Virus record (IMG/VR): IMGVR_UViG_3300021400_000095
Strand: one strand, 5' to 3'
DNA length: 64,000 nucleotides
DNA from: a virus
Lineage: Duplodnaviria; Caudoviricetes
The notes under the pieces were generated by a model, which saw only the letters and a list, made by a program, of their open reading frames with translations, was not told where the DNA came from and did no database searches. Position numbers and translations under genes: made by a program. This document shows positions 48,931 to 59,670 of this stretch, in pieces (position 1 is the stretch's first letter; the number at the start of each line of letters is the position of its first letter).

Positions 48931-50100
48931 TTATTTTTGGCATTCAGTTTCATCATAACTAACATTTTGTTCTTCAGCATAATTTTGATTTGTTTCATCT
49001 AAATTTTCATTATAGATAATATCTTTATCATAACCACTTAATTTAAGGAAACTACATTTATCAAAATCATATCTTCTAACCTTTTTTATCTTAATTTCAT
49101 CATTTTCTTTAAGTAATAGGGTATTTCCACTTTGAAGAATATTTTCAAGGTCAATTTCTTCATCATTTACTTTAAAAATAAAAGTTCTAATGTTTTCAAC
49201 ATTATATTTTTCAACAGTAAAATTACAATCTAATGTAAATTTGATTTTATCATCACAAGGTCCAAGACTTACATTTATTTGTATTGGTTTATAATAATAT
49301 GAATTTTCAGGGCATTCAAGTGGAAGTTCTTCAATATCAGCATATGTTTGTTTTCTTTCTTCAAAGTCAAATGTCATTAACTTTAAAGCTGGTTTTTCTT
49401 CAACAATAAAATAATCTTCTGGGATAATATATGCTTTTACTGTAATTTCACAAGATTGTGAATAAAACTGTCTATCATCAATGTTATAAACTGATTCATC
49501 AGAAATATTATCCAAATTCATTGACATAAAATGTCCTTTTGGTCTAATATATGCTGTTATTGCTTTAAATTTCTCTTGAATAAGTTGATTGAATGTGTTT
49601 ATTAATTCATATCTGTTAGTCATTATACTTATCCTATATTTAAAATCCACACCCATAGGTTGTTTCATTCTATATTCAATATAATATTTTCTATCATTTT
49701 TGTCTCTTGCTTCAACCCTTTTCATAAGATAAGTTCTTTCACCAGGAATATTTTTTGAATCACCATTTATTGTACCTGATTGTGGATTACTTTCTCTTGT
49801 GATTGTTTTGAAATTTAAAATAGGATTTTTCTTATTATCAACATGTTCCCACATTTGCATATACTCAGAAAATCTCTGATTTGAATATAACACAAATGTT
49901 GGTAATCTTTGTCCATCATAAGATATTGCTAAATCATTCTCAACCCAGTCTCTAAAAGTTTTATCAATATCTTCATAATTGACAGGCTCTGGTAATGGGC
50001 TTGAATCAGAAAGAACTTCCTTTACTAAATTCTCCCTTCTTTCAAGTCCAAATGACTTGTTTCTTAAAACTAATTTATTTTTAAATTCAATACTTCCCAT
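48931..50100 (-). CDS. Tail terminator/neck protein (gp15-like)
   Basis: Between neck-like gene and sheath; DID..F..WV, P..VDFKY pattern. Confidence 0.55.
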   Translation of the reverse strand: MGSIEFKNKLVLRNKSFGLERRENLVKEVLSDSSPLPEPVNYEDIDKTFRDWVENDLAISYDGQRLPTFVLYSNQRFSEYMQMWEHVDNKKNPILNFKTITRESNPQSGTINGDSKNIPGERTYLMKRVEARDKNDRKYYIEYRMKQPMGVDFKYRISIMTNRYELINTFNQLIQEKFKAITAYIRPKGHFMSMNLDNISDESVYNIDDRQFYSQSCEITVKAYIIPEDYFIVEEKPALKLMTFDFEERKQTYADIEELPLECPENSYYYKPIQINVSLGPCDDKIKFTLDCNFTVEKYNVENIRTFIFKVNDEEIDLENILQSGNTLLLKENDEIKIKKVRRYDFDKCSFLKLSGYDKDIIYNENLDETNQNYAEEQNVSYDETECQK

Positions 50101-50639
50101 TATCCATTAAACTCAGTTTCATCAACATAGGCTCCTTCACAGGTCACATAGAACGGCATTTTTCCGTACAATGTATTTTTATTGGCTGTCATTCCCATTT
50201 TCCCATCATTTGTTACTGTAAAATATATTCTATATTCAGGTGTTATATCAACACCAATATAATCACCTCTTTTGATATCACAACCATTTTCTTCCAATTC
50301 TTCCAAAAGAACACTGAAAATAATTGTTCCTGGTTTTGCATATAAACCCTTACTGATTGTTTCACTGTATGCTTTCATTTGAGTATCTTGTATTTCATAA
50401 ACACAAGTTAATTCAATTGGGGTTTTGAATCTTAAATCAGATTTCCTTGCTTCCTTATAAATATCATCAACCTTGGTCTTTTCCAAATCAACTTGATAAA
50501 GGATAATAGTTTGATTAGCATGTTGTTCCATATATTCTTTAGCAAAATCCATTTGAACATTATAATCTTCCCCTGAGAAGAATTTGTTGTTCCTCTTTAT
50601 TGGATTTTTTCTTCTAATTGGCATATTATCTAATTTCAT
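50100..50639 (-). CDS. Neck/head-closure protein (gp14-like)
   Basis: ILYQVDLEKT..DDIYKEA...F..PIE...GD. Confidence 0.55.
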   Translation of the reverse strand: MKLDNMPIRRKNPIKRNNKFFSGEDYNVQMDFAKEYMEQHANQTIILYQVDLEKTKVDDIYKEARKSDLRFKTPIELTCVYEIQDTQMKAYSETISKGLYAKPGTIIFSVLLEELEENGCDIKRGDYIGVDITPEYRIYFTVTNDGKMGMTANKNTLYGKMPFYVTCEGAYVDETEFNG

Positions 50640-50641
50640 AA

Positions 50642-51307
50642 TTAATAATAAGTTTCATAAACATTATCATTCAAGCCAAAATCAATAAGCACCAAATTAT
50701 CTTGACCATTTTCTTTAACAAGTCCCCAACTTGAAATTCTTTTCAAATCACCAACAGATTTAAGTTGATAATTTCCAAGATAGTCTTGCAACATATAAAA
50801 GATGGAATAATCATAATTATCTTGAAACTCTTCACTGTTGAATAATTCATCAAATTTTCTATTTCTATAACTTCTATTAGTATAAGAACTTACACAATAG
50901 TCAATCCAAGCACAAATTACTTCAAAACTATAACCAAAAATTCTTTTAAAGTCTGAAATTTTAGGTCTTCTTGCAAGTTCCATTTCAATCCACTGATAAT
51001 TTTCATCAACATCAAACACCTTAGCAAAACAGCCAATTTGTTGGAGATAATAATCTGCTTCTACTTCATTTTGAGCAAGTCCTTTCCTATTTTTAGCAAG
51101 TTTAAGAACCTTTTCTTCATCTATTTTATAAACAATTCTTGCAGAACCTGAAGATATTCTTTGTAATCTTTGTTCACAATATTGTATTCTTCCATTGAAT
51201 GTAGTGATTTTCTTAAACTCATCCATCTTGAAAAAAGTTGGATAAGCCATTTCACCAATTAAAACTTTATATTGATTTTCTGTAATTATAACTCTCTTGT
51301 TTTCCAT
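50642..51307 (-). CDS. Protein kinase-like enzyme with N-terminal tag
   Basis: SSGSARIVY Gly-loop, VLK, QNEVE, GDL catalytic Asp, LIDFG; N-terminus RVIITENQYKVL; ACTATTTAT at 51336-51344. Confidence 0.7.
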   Translation of the reverse strand: MENKRVIITENQYKVLIGEMAYPTFFKMDEFKKITTFNGRIQYCEQRLQRISSGSARIVYKIDEEKVLKLAKNRKGLAQNEVEADYYLQQIGCFAKVFDVDENYQWIEMELARRPKISDFKRIFGYSFEVICAWIDYCVSSYTNRSYRNRKFDELFNSEEFQDNYDYSIFYMLQDYLGNYQLKSVGDLKRISSWGLVKENGQDNLVLIDFGLNDNVYETYY

Positions 51308-51484
51308 CTTTCTTTAATTACTAGTAATATATACTATAAATAGTTTTTCTTTTAAAGAAATAATATTCTAGTTAATAAATATATTTTATTAAATATTATA
51401 TATATAATATATTATATATTATTAAATATATATTTGTTTTTTATTAATAAAATTTATATATTTGTAATAGTTAATATTTTAATT

Positions 51485-53518
51485 GTGAATACTAGTAATG
51501 AGATTGATGAGAAAAATAAAGCAATTGATGTTTTGAAAGAATATTCAGGTGAAAATCCATATCTTTTAGAATTAAAGAATGAAATTATATTAAAAAAACA
51601 TTTTGAAAAACTAAATGATTTTAATTGTGATTATATACTTAGAAATTACAATTTTCAACCAAAATTGATTAACAAAATTGTTAAGATTACTGATTGGTAT
51701 GGTGAAAAATTACAAAAAGATTTCCAATGTGAGTTTAAACCTGAAAAACTTCAAATAAAATATTTGCTTGGTGAAACTGAAAATACATACCATGTTTTGT
51801 TAAAATATAGGCAGAACATGGAATATATTTATATGTTTTTATCCAAAAAGGGGGTTATGACAAATTTTCTTATTAGTGATTACAACTTACTTGATGTTGA
51901 TTTTGATAGATATGATAGATTATCTGCAACATATAGACCTGATAAACCAAGAAAAATAAAAGAACATCAGAAGGCTGGAATAAAATTCCTATTATCAAGA
52001 AAAAAATGTATATTAGCAGATGACATGGGTTTAGCAAAAACAGCACAATTATCAATAGCATCTGTTGAAGGTAATTTTGATAATGTTTTAATAATTTGCC
52101 CAGCATCATTAAAAACTAATTGGTTTGATGAACTTTCATATTATGTACCAACAAGAGAAATTTCAATAATTGGTGGTGTTGGTGATATGAAAAAGAATGA
52201 ACTTGAAAAATATCTTGGATATGGTGTTGGAAAATCAGGAAAAAATATTCAGGAACTTCTACAAGAATCAAAAGAAAGAGGTAAATGGATTGATAATAGA
52301 TATGTTATTATTAATTATGATATTCTATCAGATGTTTATGAAATGCCAAAATCAAGAAAAAAGGCTGATATTATTGAAGCAAGGGAACATAGTCCAATTT
52401 TAAAGTTTATAGAAGGAAAAAAATCATTAATAATTATTGATGAAGCCCATAAACTCTCAAATATGAAATCCCAGCAATATAAAATAATATCTCAATTAAT
52501 TAATATTGGGAAACCTGATAGTGTATATCTTGCAACAGGAACACCAATTACTAATGACCCTGTAAATTATTTTAATATTCTTTCACTGATTGAAAATAAT
52601 ATAACTTCTGATTGGAAATATTATATGGAAAGGTATTGTGGTGCTAAATCATTTCCAAAAGATAATATTGAAAAGGAAAAAAGAGATAGAATTTCAAGGG
52701 AATTTATTTTTAATAAAGGGAAAAAAAATTGGTATGAACTAACAGATGAAGAAAAGAAAGAATTAAATAATTTAATAAATAAATCTGTTAAAATGAAAAC
52801 AATACCAATGGAGCCAACCCATTTGGATGAATTGATGGAAGTAACAAAACATATTTATTTAAGAAGAACAAAAGAAGATTTAGGTGGTCTTCCATCTAAA
52901 TATGTTTATGAAAAAATATATGATTTAACTGATGAACAAAAAGAAGAATATAATAAACTTTGGAGTGAATATGTTGAACAACAAAAAGAATTAGAACCTA
53001 ATAAAGAAATAAACAAGGAACTTCTTGAAGGTGCTATATATAGAAAATATCTTTCAAATCAAATGGTTCCTTACACAATTAATTTAGCTGAAAAATGTAT
53101 TAAAAGGGGTGAAAAGGTTATAATTGCTTGTTGTTATGATGAAGAACTTTATACTTTAAAAGATTATTTTGATGATAAATGTGTTGTTTATAATGGAAAA
53201 ATGAGTTTAAAACAAAAAGATGAAGCCAAAAATAAATTTATAAACAACCCTGAATGTATGGTATTTATTGGTAATATAGATAGTTGTGGTGTTGGTATTA
53301 ATCTGACTGTTAGTAGAGTTGTAATTTTTAATAATTTTTCATTTGTTCCCGGTATAAATAGACAAATGGAAGACAGGTGTTATAGACTTGGACAAACAAG
53401 GGACTGTCATATTTTTTATCAATTTTTTAGAGATACACAATATCAAAAAATGTGGGGCACAGTTCTGAAAAAAGAATTAAATATTAATCAAATTATTAAG
53501 AAAGAAAATGAAAAATAA
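51485..53518 (+). CDS. SNF2-family helicase (HARP/SMARCAL1-like)
   Basis: LADDMGLAKT, CPASLK.NW, IIDEAH, TGTP..N, Q.EDRCYR.GQ; probable GTG start 51485 after TATATTTG. Confidence 0.9.
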   Translation: MNTSNEIDEKNKAIDVLKEYSGENPYLLELKNEIILKKHFEKLNDFNCDYILRNYNFQPKLINKIVKITDWYGEKLQKDFQCEFKPEKLQIKYLLGETENTYHVLLKYRQNMEYIYMFLSKKGVMTNFLISDYNLLDVDFDRYDRLSATYRPDKPRKIKEHQKAGIKFLLSRKKCILADDMGLAKTAQLSIASVEGNFDNVLIICPASLKTNWFDELSYYVPTREISIIGGVGDMKKNELEKYLGYGVGKSGKNIQELLQESKERGKWIDNRYVIINYDILSDVYEMPKSRKKADIIEAREHSPILKFIEGKKSLIIIDEAHKLSNMKSQQYKIISQLINIGKPDSVYLATGTPITNDPVNYFNILSLIENNITSDWKYYMERYCGAKSFPKDNIEKEKRDRISREFIFNKGKKNWYELTDEEKKELNNLINKSVKMKTIPMEPTHLDELMEVTKHIYLRRTKEDLGGLPSKYVYEKIYDLTDEQKEEYNKLWSEYVEQQKELEPNKEINKELLEGAIYRKYLSNQMVPYTINLAEKCIKRGEKVIIACCYDEELYTLKDYFDDKCVVYNGKMSLKQKDEAKNKFINNPECMVFIGNIDSCGVGINLTVSRVVIFNNFSFVPGINRQMEDRCYRLGQTRDCHIFYQFFRDTQYQKMWGTVLKKELNINQIIKKENEK

Positions 53519-53783
53519 TAAAGTACTACAATGGATTTTAATCAAATTCTTTACAATTAAAGGATGGTTTAAGTCTAAAAAATTGAAAAAAAATTCTACT
53601 TATTATGGTGGAGTAAACAAGACATATGGTGTTTATATGGGTAACAATACTTTTTATGAACAATTATCTTGTACTGACAATATGTATGGTGTTACATATT
53701 TTTCAACAAAACAAGTAAAATATAATTATTTACAACTTGGATTATTTAAATGGAAATTAACAAATATTAATATTGAAAAATGA
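53508..53783 (+). CDS. Hypothetical protein
   Basis: Coupled to neighbours by overlap. Confidence 0.5.
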   Translation: MKNNKVLQWILIKFFTIKGWFKSKKLKKNSTYYGGVNKTYGVYMGNNTFYEQLSCTDNMYGVTYFSTKQVKYNYLQLGLFKWKLTNINIEK

Positions 53784-53980
53784 TGTTTAAAAAGTTAAGA
53801 AATTGGTGGTTAAAAAGACAAGTTAAAAGAAAGGCAAAATGTGTTGATGAATTTGTTTTAAATTATCTTGAACACATGGATGATTCAAATGCATTAAATG
53901 AATATAAAGAGATGTATGATAAAATATCCAATGAAATTTTTAAAATAATGGAAATACCAAAAGATAGACTTAATATATAA
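53780..53980 (+). CDS. Hypothetical protein
   Basis: ATGA overlap; operon packing. Confidence 0.5.
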   Translation: MMFKKLRNWWLKRQVKRKAKCVDEFVLNYLEHMDDSNALNEYKEMYDKISNEIFKIMEIPKDRLNI

Positions 53981-53981
53981 C

Positions 53982-54746
53982 ATGGAAGAATATCTAGCAT
54001 TTATTGATGAAGTTGGTAGAACAGTTGATGGAAATTATTTGTATAGATTTGATTTTACAAATGAGCCTGACACTGTGTGGGGTGAATATTTCAATGTTGC
54101 ACCATCCATAATTATACCAAATTTACAACCTGATGAAAATTGTATCAATAAATCAGGAAGGGTTGAAATGGAGCAACATTTGAATTTGGCTAAAAAGAAT
54201 GGATGTTTTTCAATGCAGGATTGTTTTGACCATATAATTTCACTTGGGTTTACTGATATTGATGACAACAATGAACTTATTTTTAATTTTGCTGATACAT
54301 ATGAAGATGTTGTTGAAAAACTTAGAAAAAATAACATTGAATTAACAAACATTGAAATAAAAGAAAAAAAAGGTGAAAAAATTTTAGATGATTTAATTGA
54401 CAAAATTGAAGACATTGAAAAAACAACAGTAAATGACAAATTTGATTTTTACAAAGATTTATATAAAGAAATATTAACTATTGAAATTGGTCAAGAAATA
54501 TCATTTAATGATATTAATCAAATTCTATTTGATAATGGTTATGAAAAAGTTGACTTTATATACAAAAAGAAACAATATACAATAAGAGGACATATTGTAG
54601 ATATATTCTCAATTTCATATGATTATAAATATCCTGTAAGAATTTCATTTTTTGGTAATACTGTAGAGAGTATGTATACATATGATGTTAATACACAAGA
54701 TAAAATTGAAGATTTAGAAAAAATAACAATTTATAATAATATTTAG
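53982..54746 (+). CDS. Phage protein (paralog of 55328) fused to UvrB/Mfd UvrA-interaction domain
   Basis: C-terminal GYEKVD...IRGHIVDIF...PVRISFFGNTVESM..YDVNTQ. Confidence 0.7.
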   Translation: MEEYLAFIDEVGRTVDGNYLYRFDFTNEPDTVWGEYFNVAPSIIIPNLQPDENCINKSGRVEMEQHLNLAKKNGCFSMQDCFDHIISLGFTDIDDNNELIFNFADTYEDVVEKLRKNNIELTNIEIKEKKGEKILDDLIDKIEDIEKTTVNDKFDFYKDLYKEILTIEIGQEISFNDINQILFDNGYEKVDFIYKKKQYTIRGHIVDIFSISYDYKYPVRISFFGNTVESMYTYDVNTQDKIEDLEKITIYNNI

Positions 54747-54751
54747 AAAAT

Positions 54752-55324
54752 ATGTTAGATGAAGAAAAATTAATATCAGAAATAAAAATGATATCTAATG
54801 ACCTATTGTTTTTATCTTTTAATGAAATAAAAAATAGATTAGACAGAATAGTTAGAAAGTATGAAGATTCTAAAATGATTTTAAAAATTTTAAAAAATGT
54901 AAAAGAGAATCCTATTAATGATGAAAAAAAGATATTTAATGAATATTTAATACTTTTAAGACCTGATTTAACTTGTTCTTTAAATTTTGAAAATAATAAA
55001 ATTAAATATACTTTTAACAATTATTTTATTGATGATGAAGATGTAGAAAAAACTATTAGGAAAAAAATGTCAGAAAGTGACACTTTTAAAGAATTAAAAG
55101 AATATTTTGAAAAACCTGAAACCTTTGAAGATTTCCAAAATTTCTTAGTAGATTTAGATGAAAATAAACACACTGTGTTATTAAAAAATCTTGAAACTTA
55201 TCATGATTTCTTCAAGCCATTTTATAATTCTGTTAATATTGATGGTCAATATGAATATGTAACAAGTGACATATCAAAAAAAATAAATAATGATACTTAT
55301 ATAAATTGGGAAGAAAAAAATTAA
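54752..55324 (+). CDS. Hypothetical protein
   Basis: Intact ORF in operon. Confidence 0.6.
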   Translation: MLDEEKLISEIKMISNDLLFLSFNEIKNRLDRIVRKYEDSKMILKILKNVKENPINDEKKIFNEYLILLRPDLTCSLNFENNKIKYTFNNYFIDDEDVEKTIRKKMSESDTFKELKEYFEKPETFEDFQNFLVDLDENKHTVLLKNLETYHDFFKPFYNSVNIDGQYEYVTSDISKKINNDTYINWEEKN

Positions 55325-55327
55325 AAA

Positions 55328-55714
55328 ATGTCAGATTTATTTCTTGTATATGTAAAACCACTATGTAAAAACATTAATGGCACTTTTGAATATCAATTGT
55401 TTTTTAGTGAAACACCTGAAGTTGTGTGGGGTGTTGATTGGAATGTTGAAGTACCAAACTCAATTAAGGATTTAACACCTGAAAAATCAACATATTCAAA
55501 AATTGTTAATATAAAAAGTATTTTCCCATTTAAAACAATTGAAGAAACCTCCTGCTATTCCATGGAATATGCAATTAATGGTATAATTGCATTATCTTGG
55601 GTTGATATTGAGAATCTTGAAGATTATCCACCAAGTAGGGCTGTACTTCATTTTAATGATTCTTATGATAAAGTCAAAAACATTTTAAGTAATATTTTTA
55701 TTGAAATGAATTGA
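55328..55714 (+). CDS. Hypothetical protein, paralog of the N-domain of 53982
   Basis: Shared P..VWG...NV..P and C(F/Y)SM....II.L motifs. Confidence 0.65.
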   Translation: MSDLFLVYVKPLCKNINGTFEYQLFFSETPEVVWGVDWNVEVPNSIKDLTPEKSTYSKIVNIKSIFPFKTIEETSCYSMEYAINGIIALSWVDIENLEDYPPSRAVLHFNDSYDKVKNILSNIFIEMN

Positions 55715-55779
55715 TATATTTGTTTTTGAATAAAAGATTTTGTATTTTTGCAAAAAAATAATTAAAAAAATTTGAAATT

Positions 55780-56931
55780 ATGAGTAATTTAAAACCTTCT
55801 GTTGGCAATGTAATAATTGATGAAACAGGAAGAGAATTTAGTAGTGTAAGGCAACTTGCTAAACATTTAAACATTAATAAAGATTGCATTCTTAGAAGAC
55901 TTAAAAGAGATGAACCATTTAAATATGGTGGGCATACTTATGGTTTGAAAAATGTAAATTACATTGGATATGAAAATAAAGAAAACAATATTCAAAATCC
56001 TGATATTCAGCAAGAAATAGTTTATTCTGAAGAATATCAACAATTTCTTGAATCTAAAAATGTTGCAGAATTACCATTTGAAAAATATACATTTGATGTA
56101 GATACTGCTGAAAATGGAAAGAAATATGCAATTGCACTTTTCTCTGATGCACACATTGAAGAAACTGTTGACCCAAGAACTGTTTTAGGTCTTAATGAAT
56201 ATAGTATTGATATTGCTGAAAAGAGAATCCAATGCTATTTTAAGAATCTTGTTAAAGCATTAAATGAAGATGAAGTACAAAATCTTATTTTTGCAAGTTT
56301 GGGTGATACCATAAGTTCTTATATACATGAGGAATTAGTTGAGAATAATTCATTAAGTCCACTTGAAGCAACTTTTAAAGCACAAAGTCTTATTTTTAGT
56401 GGTCTTGAATATATTGTTGAAAATAGTACTGTAGAGCATATTAAGTTTATTGGTATTGTTGGTAATCATAGTAGAACTACTAAGAAAATTCAACATAGCA
56501 ATGGCCATGTAATGTCATATGAATGGTTAATGTACAAGAATATTGAAAGGCAAATTCAATTGACAGGTCTTCCCATTGAAGTTGAAATCCCTAACAGTGA
56601 GATGTCTATTCTTGAAACAAGTGATGGTAAGAGATATATGTTTATGCATGGTTTCCAAATTAAGTCAACAGGTAATGCAACTGTTTCTGGTATTTATCCT
56701 GCTTTAAATAGATTAAGTCTTAAATTAGATAGAAATTTCCATCAGGATAAGATTTATATTGGACATTTCCATACATGTGTTTCAATTCCAAATGCAACTG
56801 TTAATGGTTCTATTATTGGATTTAATGCATTTGCACTTTCAAATGGTTTCTCATATGAAGAACCAGCACAAATGTATGAACTGTTCTCAAATGGTAGTTT
56901 AATTCTAACAAGAAAAATTTATTGTAAGTAA
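55780..56931 (+). CDS. Calcineurin-like metallophosphoesterase with N-terminal HTH/NUMOD1-like domain
   Basis: SDAH, LGD, GNH, HG, GHFH; TATTTTTG at 55743. Confidence 0.8.
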   Translation: MSNLKPSVGNVIIDETGREFSSVRQLAKHLNINKDCILRRLKRDEPFKYGGHTYGLKNVNYIGYENKENNIQNPDIQQEIVYSEEYQQFLESKNVAELPFEKYTFDVDTAENGKKYAIALFSDAHIEETVDPRTVLGLNEYSIDIAEKRIQCYFKNLVKALNEDEVQNLIFASLGDTISSYIHEELVENNSLSPLEATFKAQSLIFSGLEYIVENSTVEHIKFIGIVGNHSRTTKKIQHSNGHVMSYEWLMYKNIERQIQLTGLPIEVEIPNSEMSILETSDGKRYMFMHGFQIKSTGNATVSGIYPALNRLSLKLDRNFHQDKIYIGHFHTCVSIPNATVNGSIIGFNAFALSNGFSYEEPAQMYELFSNGSLILTRKIYCK

Positions 56932-56932
56932 T

Positions 56933-57865
56933 ATGAAGGGAATTATATTAGCTGGAGGTGCAGGAACAAGACTTCACCCAATTACAAAAGGAATCAGCAA
57001 GCAGCTACTTCCAATTTATGATAAACCTATGATTTATTACCCTCTGTCAATCCTTATGCTTGCTGATATAAAAGATATTCTTATCATTACAACACCTGAA
57101 GAACAATCAATGTTCAAGAGATTGCTTGGTAATGGTTCAGATTTTGGCATTAATCTCCAATATGCTGTTCAGGAAAAACCAAATGGTTTGGCTGAAGCAT
57201 TTATTATTGGTGAAGAATTCATTGGTGATGATGCTGTTTGTTTAATATTGGGTGATAATATTTTCCATGGTTCAAATATAAGTGTAAAGTTGAATTTGGC
57301 AAGAACCATTGTTGAAGATACTAAAAATGCAAGAGCAGTTGTCTTTGGTTATCAAGTATCTGACCCTGAAAGATATGGTGTTGCTGAAGTGACTAAGACT
57401 GATGTTGAATTTCCAAACAATTTATATTGTGTAAAATCACTTGAAGAAAAACCAAAGAATCCAAAATCAAATATTGCAGTAACAGGATTATACTTCTATC
57501 CAAATTCTGTTGTTAATGTAGCAAAAAATATTAAACCATCAGCAAGAGGTGAACTTGAAATTACTGAAGTAAATAATGTATATAATAATATGATTGCAAA
57601 TGATGGTGGAACAATGCTTGACCTTATTATGTTTGATAGGGGTTATGCTTGGCTTGACACTGGAACTTTTGATAGTCTATCAGATGCATCAAATTACATT
57701 GAAACAATTCAGAAAAGACAAGGTTTAAAAGTTGCTTGTTTGGAAGAAATTGCATATAATAAAGGATGGATTAGTAAACAACAACTTTTGGAAGCAGGTG
57801 AAAAATTAAAGAAAAATGATTATGGAAAATATCTATTGAATCTTATAAATAAAGCCATAGACTAA
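56933..57865 (+). CDS. rfbA: Glucose-1-phosphate thymidylyltransferase
   Basis: [49 protein letters not shown]. Confidence 0.96.
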   Translation: MKGIILAGGAGTRLHPITKGISKQLLPIYDKPMIYYPLSILMLADIKDILIITTPEEQSMFKRLLGNGSDFGINLQYAVQEKPNGLAEAFIIGEEFIGDDAVCLILGDNIFHGSNISVKLNLARTIVEDTKNARAVVFGYQVSDPERYGVAEVTKTDVEFPNNLYCVKSLEEKPKNPKSNIAVTGLYFYPNSVVNVAKNIKPSARGELEITEVNNVYNNMIANDGGTMLDLIMFDRGYAWLDTGTFDSLSDASNYIETIQKRQGLKVACLEEIAYNKGWISKQQLLEAGEKLKKNDYGKYLLNLINKAID

Positions 57866-57876
57866 TCTATGGCTTT
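57851..57876. terminator. Bidirectional terminator (same stem as 20027)
   Basis: AAAGCCATAGA-CTAA-TCTATGGCTTT. Confidence 0.75.
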
Positions 57877-57884
57877 TTAGTTTA

Positions 57885-58733
57885 CTAATACATTGCACTA
57901 TACAATAGCATACAGGCATCTTGTTTATAGAGTACCATTGGGTCACTTTGCCTTCTTGGTGCATTATTTGGCCTATATTTATTATCAAAATAATCAAATT
58001 TTAGTTTTTGTGCATCATTATTAGAAAATAAATAATGCATGCCATCATGTGATTGATATTTCATTTCAGGTTTTATACCATTTTTTTCAAGATAATCTTC
58101 AAGTTCCTTTTGTGCTTTTTCATCATCAATATCACAATCAATTAATCCCCAAGGTCTAACCTTTGTCCATTTAACATTTACATCATCTGCTGTCATTTGT
58201 CTACCTGCTGCAAATTGAAATTCTCTATTCTTTTCCATCCCTCTTTGTTTTAATGAATTAGCATATGCATTGGTTTGATTCATGGACCTTTTATTAATTG
58301 TCATATAACATCTTGCATTAAATCTGTTACATAAGAATATAACAGCAGAAATATCTCTTGGTGAATCAATTGTTTTTACAATTCTGCCTTTATTTGAAAC
58401 AGCATTTTGGAAAGATGGGTTAACATTCATTTGGATATGTTTCAATGATTCAATTGCTTCTTCTTTGGTATTACCTGATACAATTCCATAAGCAACAAAA
58501 TTTACACTAAAATTTCTACTACCATCACCTGAATGGTTCTTATGAAAACTATTAAGATTGTCCTTCTTTCTCTGAGATATATAAACATACCAAAAATCAT
58601 CAGGTGAAGTCCACTGTCTATTAATAAGTTCAATGGCTGTATCCAACTGATATACTTCATTTACATGTCCTTCAAGTATTTTACTAATACTTTCAGAAAT
58701 TATATTTTTTAAATGTTCTTGACTTAACAACAT
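57885..58733 (-). CDS. AEP (primase-polymerase superfamily)-like protein with N-terminal tag
   Basis: LIDCDIDD (DxD) and SHDGMH motifs; QRKKDN, NARCY; ACTATTTAT at 58754-58762. Confidence 0.5.
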   Translation of the reverse strand: MLLSQEHLKNIISESISKILEGHVNEVYQLDTAIELINRQWTSPDDFWYVYISQRKKDNLNSFHKNHSGDGSRNFSVNFVAYGIVSGNTKEEAIESLKHIQMNVNPSFQNAVSNKGRIVKTIDSPRDISAVIFLCNRFNARCYMTINKRSMNQTNAYANSLKQRGMEKNREFQFAAGRQMTADDVNVKWTKVRPWGLIDCDIDDEKAQKELEDYLEKNGIKPEMKYQSHDGMHYLFSNNDAQKLKFDYFDNKYRPNNAPRRQSDPMVLYKQDACMLLYSAMY

Positions 58734-58738
58734 ATTCT
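58675..58738. repeat. 64-bp direct repeat copy 1 (encodes MLLSQEHLKNIISESISKIL)
   Basis: 63/64 identical to 59612-59675. Confidence 0.9.
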
Positions 58739-58768
58739 TTGTTATATTTATTAATAAATAGTTATAAA

Positions 58769-58927
58769 ATGGGAAGAAAAAAACAAAAGTTTCAAATTGA
58801 TGAAAATGGTAAGTATTATAAAATTGTTAATGGTGAAAAAAAATACTATGAACCATTAAAACTTGTTGATTTTTTTTATGATGATGTAAAAATAGATTCT
58901 TTTTCAGAAAAAAATAAGAATGAATAA
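58769..58927 (+). CDS. Small hypothetical protein
   Basis: ATG 58769 after TATTTAT; overlaps the 3' end of the convergent gene. Confidence 0.4.
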   Translation: MGRKKQKFQIDENGKYYKIVNGEKKYYEPLKLVDFFYDDVKIDSFSEKNKNE

Positions 58928-59670
58928 TTTATTAATATGAAATAAACTTTTCTTTTTTTTTCTTTCATATATAAATAATATATGTTCCCAATTTTAGCAT
59001 TGTATTTTTTATATTTCTTTTTATAATAATCTAATGTTAATCCACTTTCTGTTTTTAATATTTTTTTATTTTCCTCATTAGATTCAAAAAATTCTAATAA
59101 TTTTGCAATTTGTTTTAATTTGGTTATATTTTCATAATGTGTTAAATCTTTAATGTTTTTCTCTTTGGTTAAAAAGTAACCAAACTGTGAACATCTTGCA
59201 TTACATTCAGTATCTCTTAAATAATATAACAATTTCCTTAATAAAATATAAACCATATCAGTGGAAGATGAAATTAATATATTTTTTATTCCACCTTCAT
59301 TGTCATTAATAAAATGTGTTAATTCATGTATTATAAAAGAAATTGTTGTATTTTTATCATAATTATAAAAATAATTGTAGTTTACAATAATATGTTTGTC
59401 TTTATATTCCATATTACCATCAGTTAAATTATCACCAACAACAATAAATAAATCAGATGAATTATTATATGGATAATATTTTAAGATTGTTTTATTTGAT
59501 ATTTTGTAACTAAAATTGTAAACCTCTTTTTTTATTTTTATATCAATTAAATTGTAAATATATTCTGCTAATGGAAAAAGTTTTTCATTCAATATATGCA
59601 TTTTTTCTAATAGTATTTTACTAATACTTTCAGAAATTATATTTTTTAAATGTTCTTGACTTAATAACAT
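58876..59670 (-). CDS. Zincin-like paralog 4 (HExxH)
   Basis: IIHELTH; LLYYLRDTE. Confidence 0.6.
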   Translation of the reverse strand: MLLSQEHLKNIISESISKILLEKMHILNEKLFPLAEYIYNLIDIKIKKEVYNFSYKISNKTILKYYPYNNSSDLFIVVGDNLTDGNMEYKDKHIIVNYNYFYNYDKNTTISFIIHELTHFINDNEGGIKNILISSSTDMVYILLRKLLYYLRDTECNARCSQFGYFLTKEKNIKDLTHYENITKLKQIAKLLEFFESNEENKKILKTESGLTLDYYKKKYKKYNAKIGNIYYLYMKEKKRKVYFILINYSFLFFSEKESIFTSS

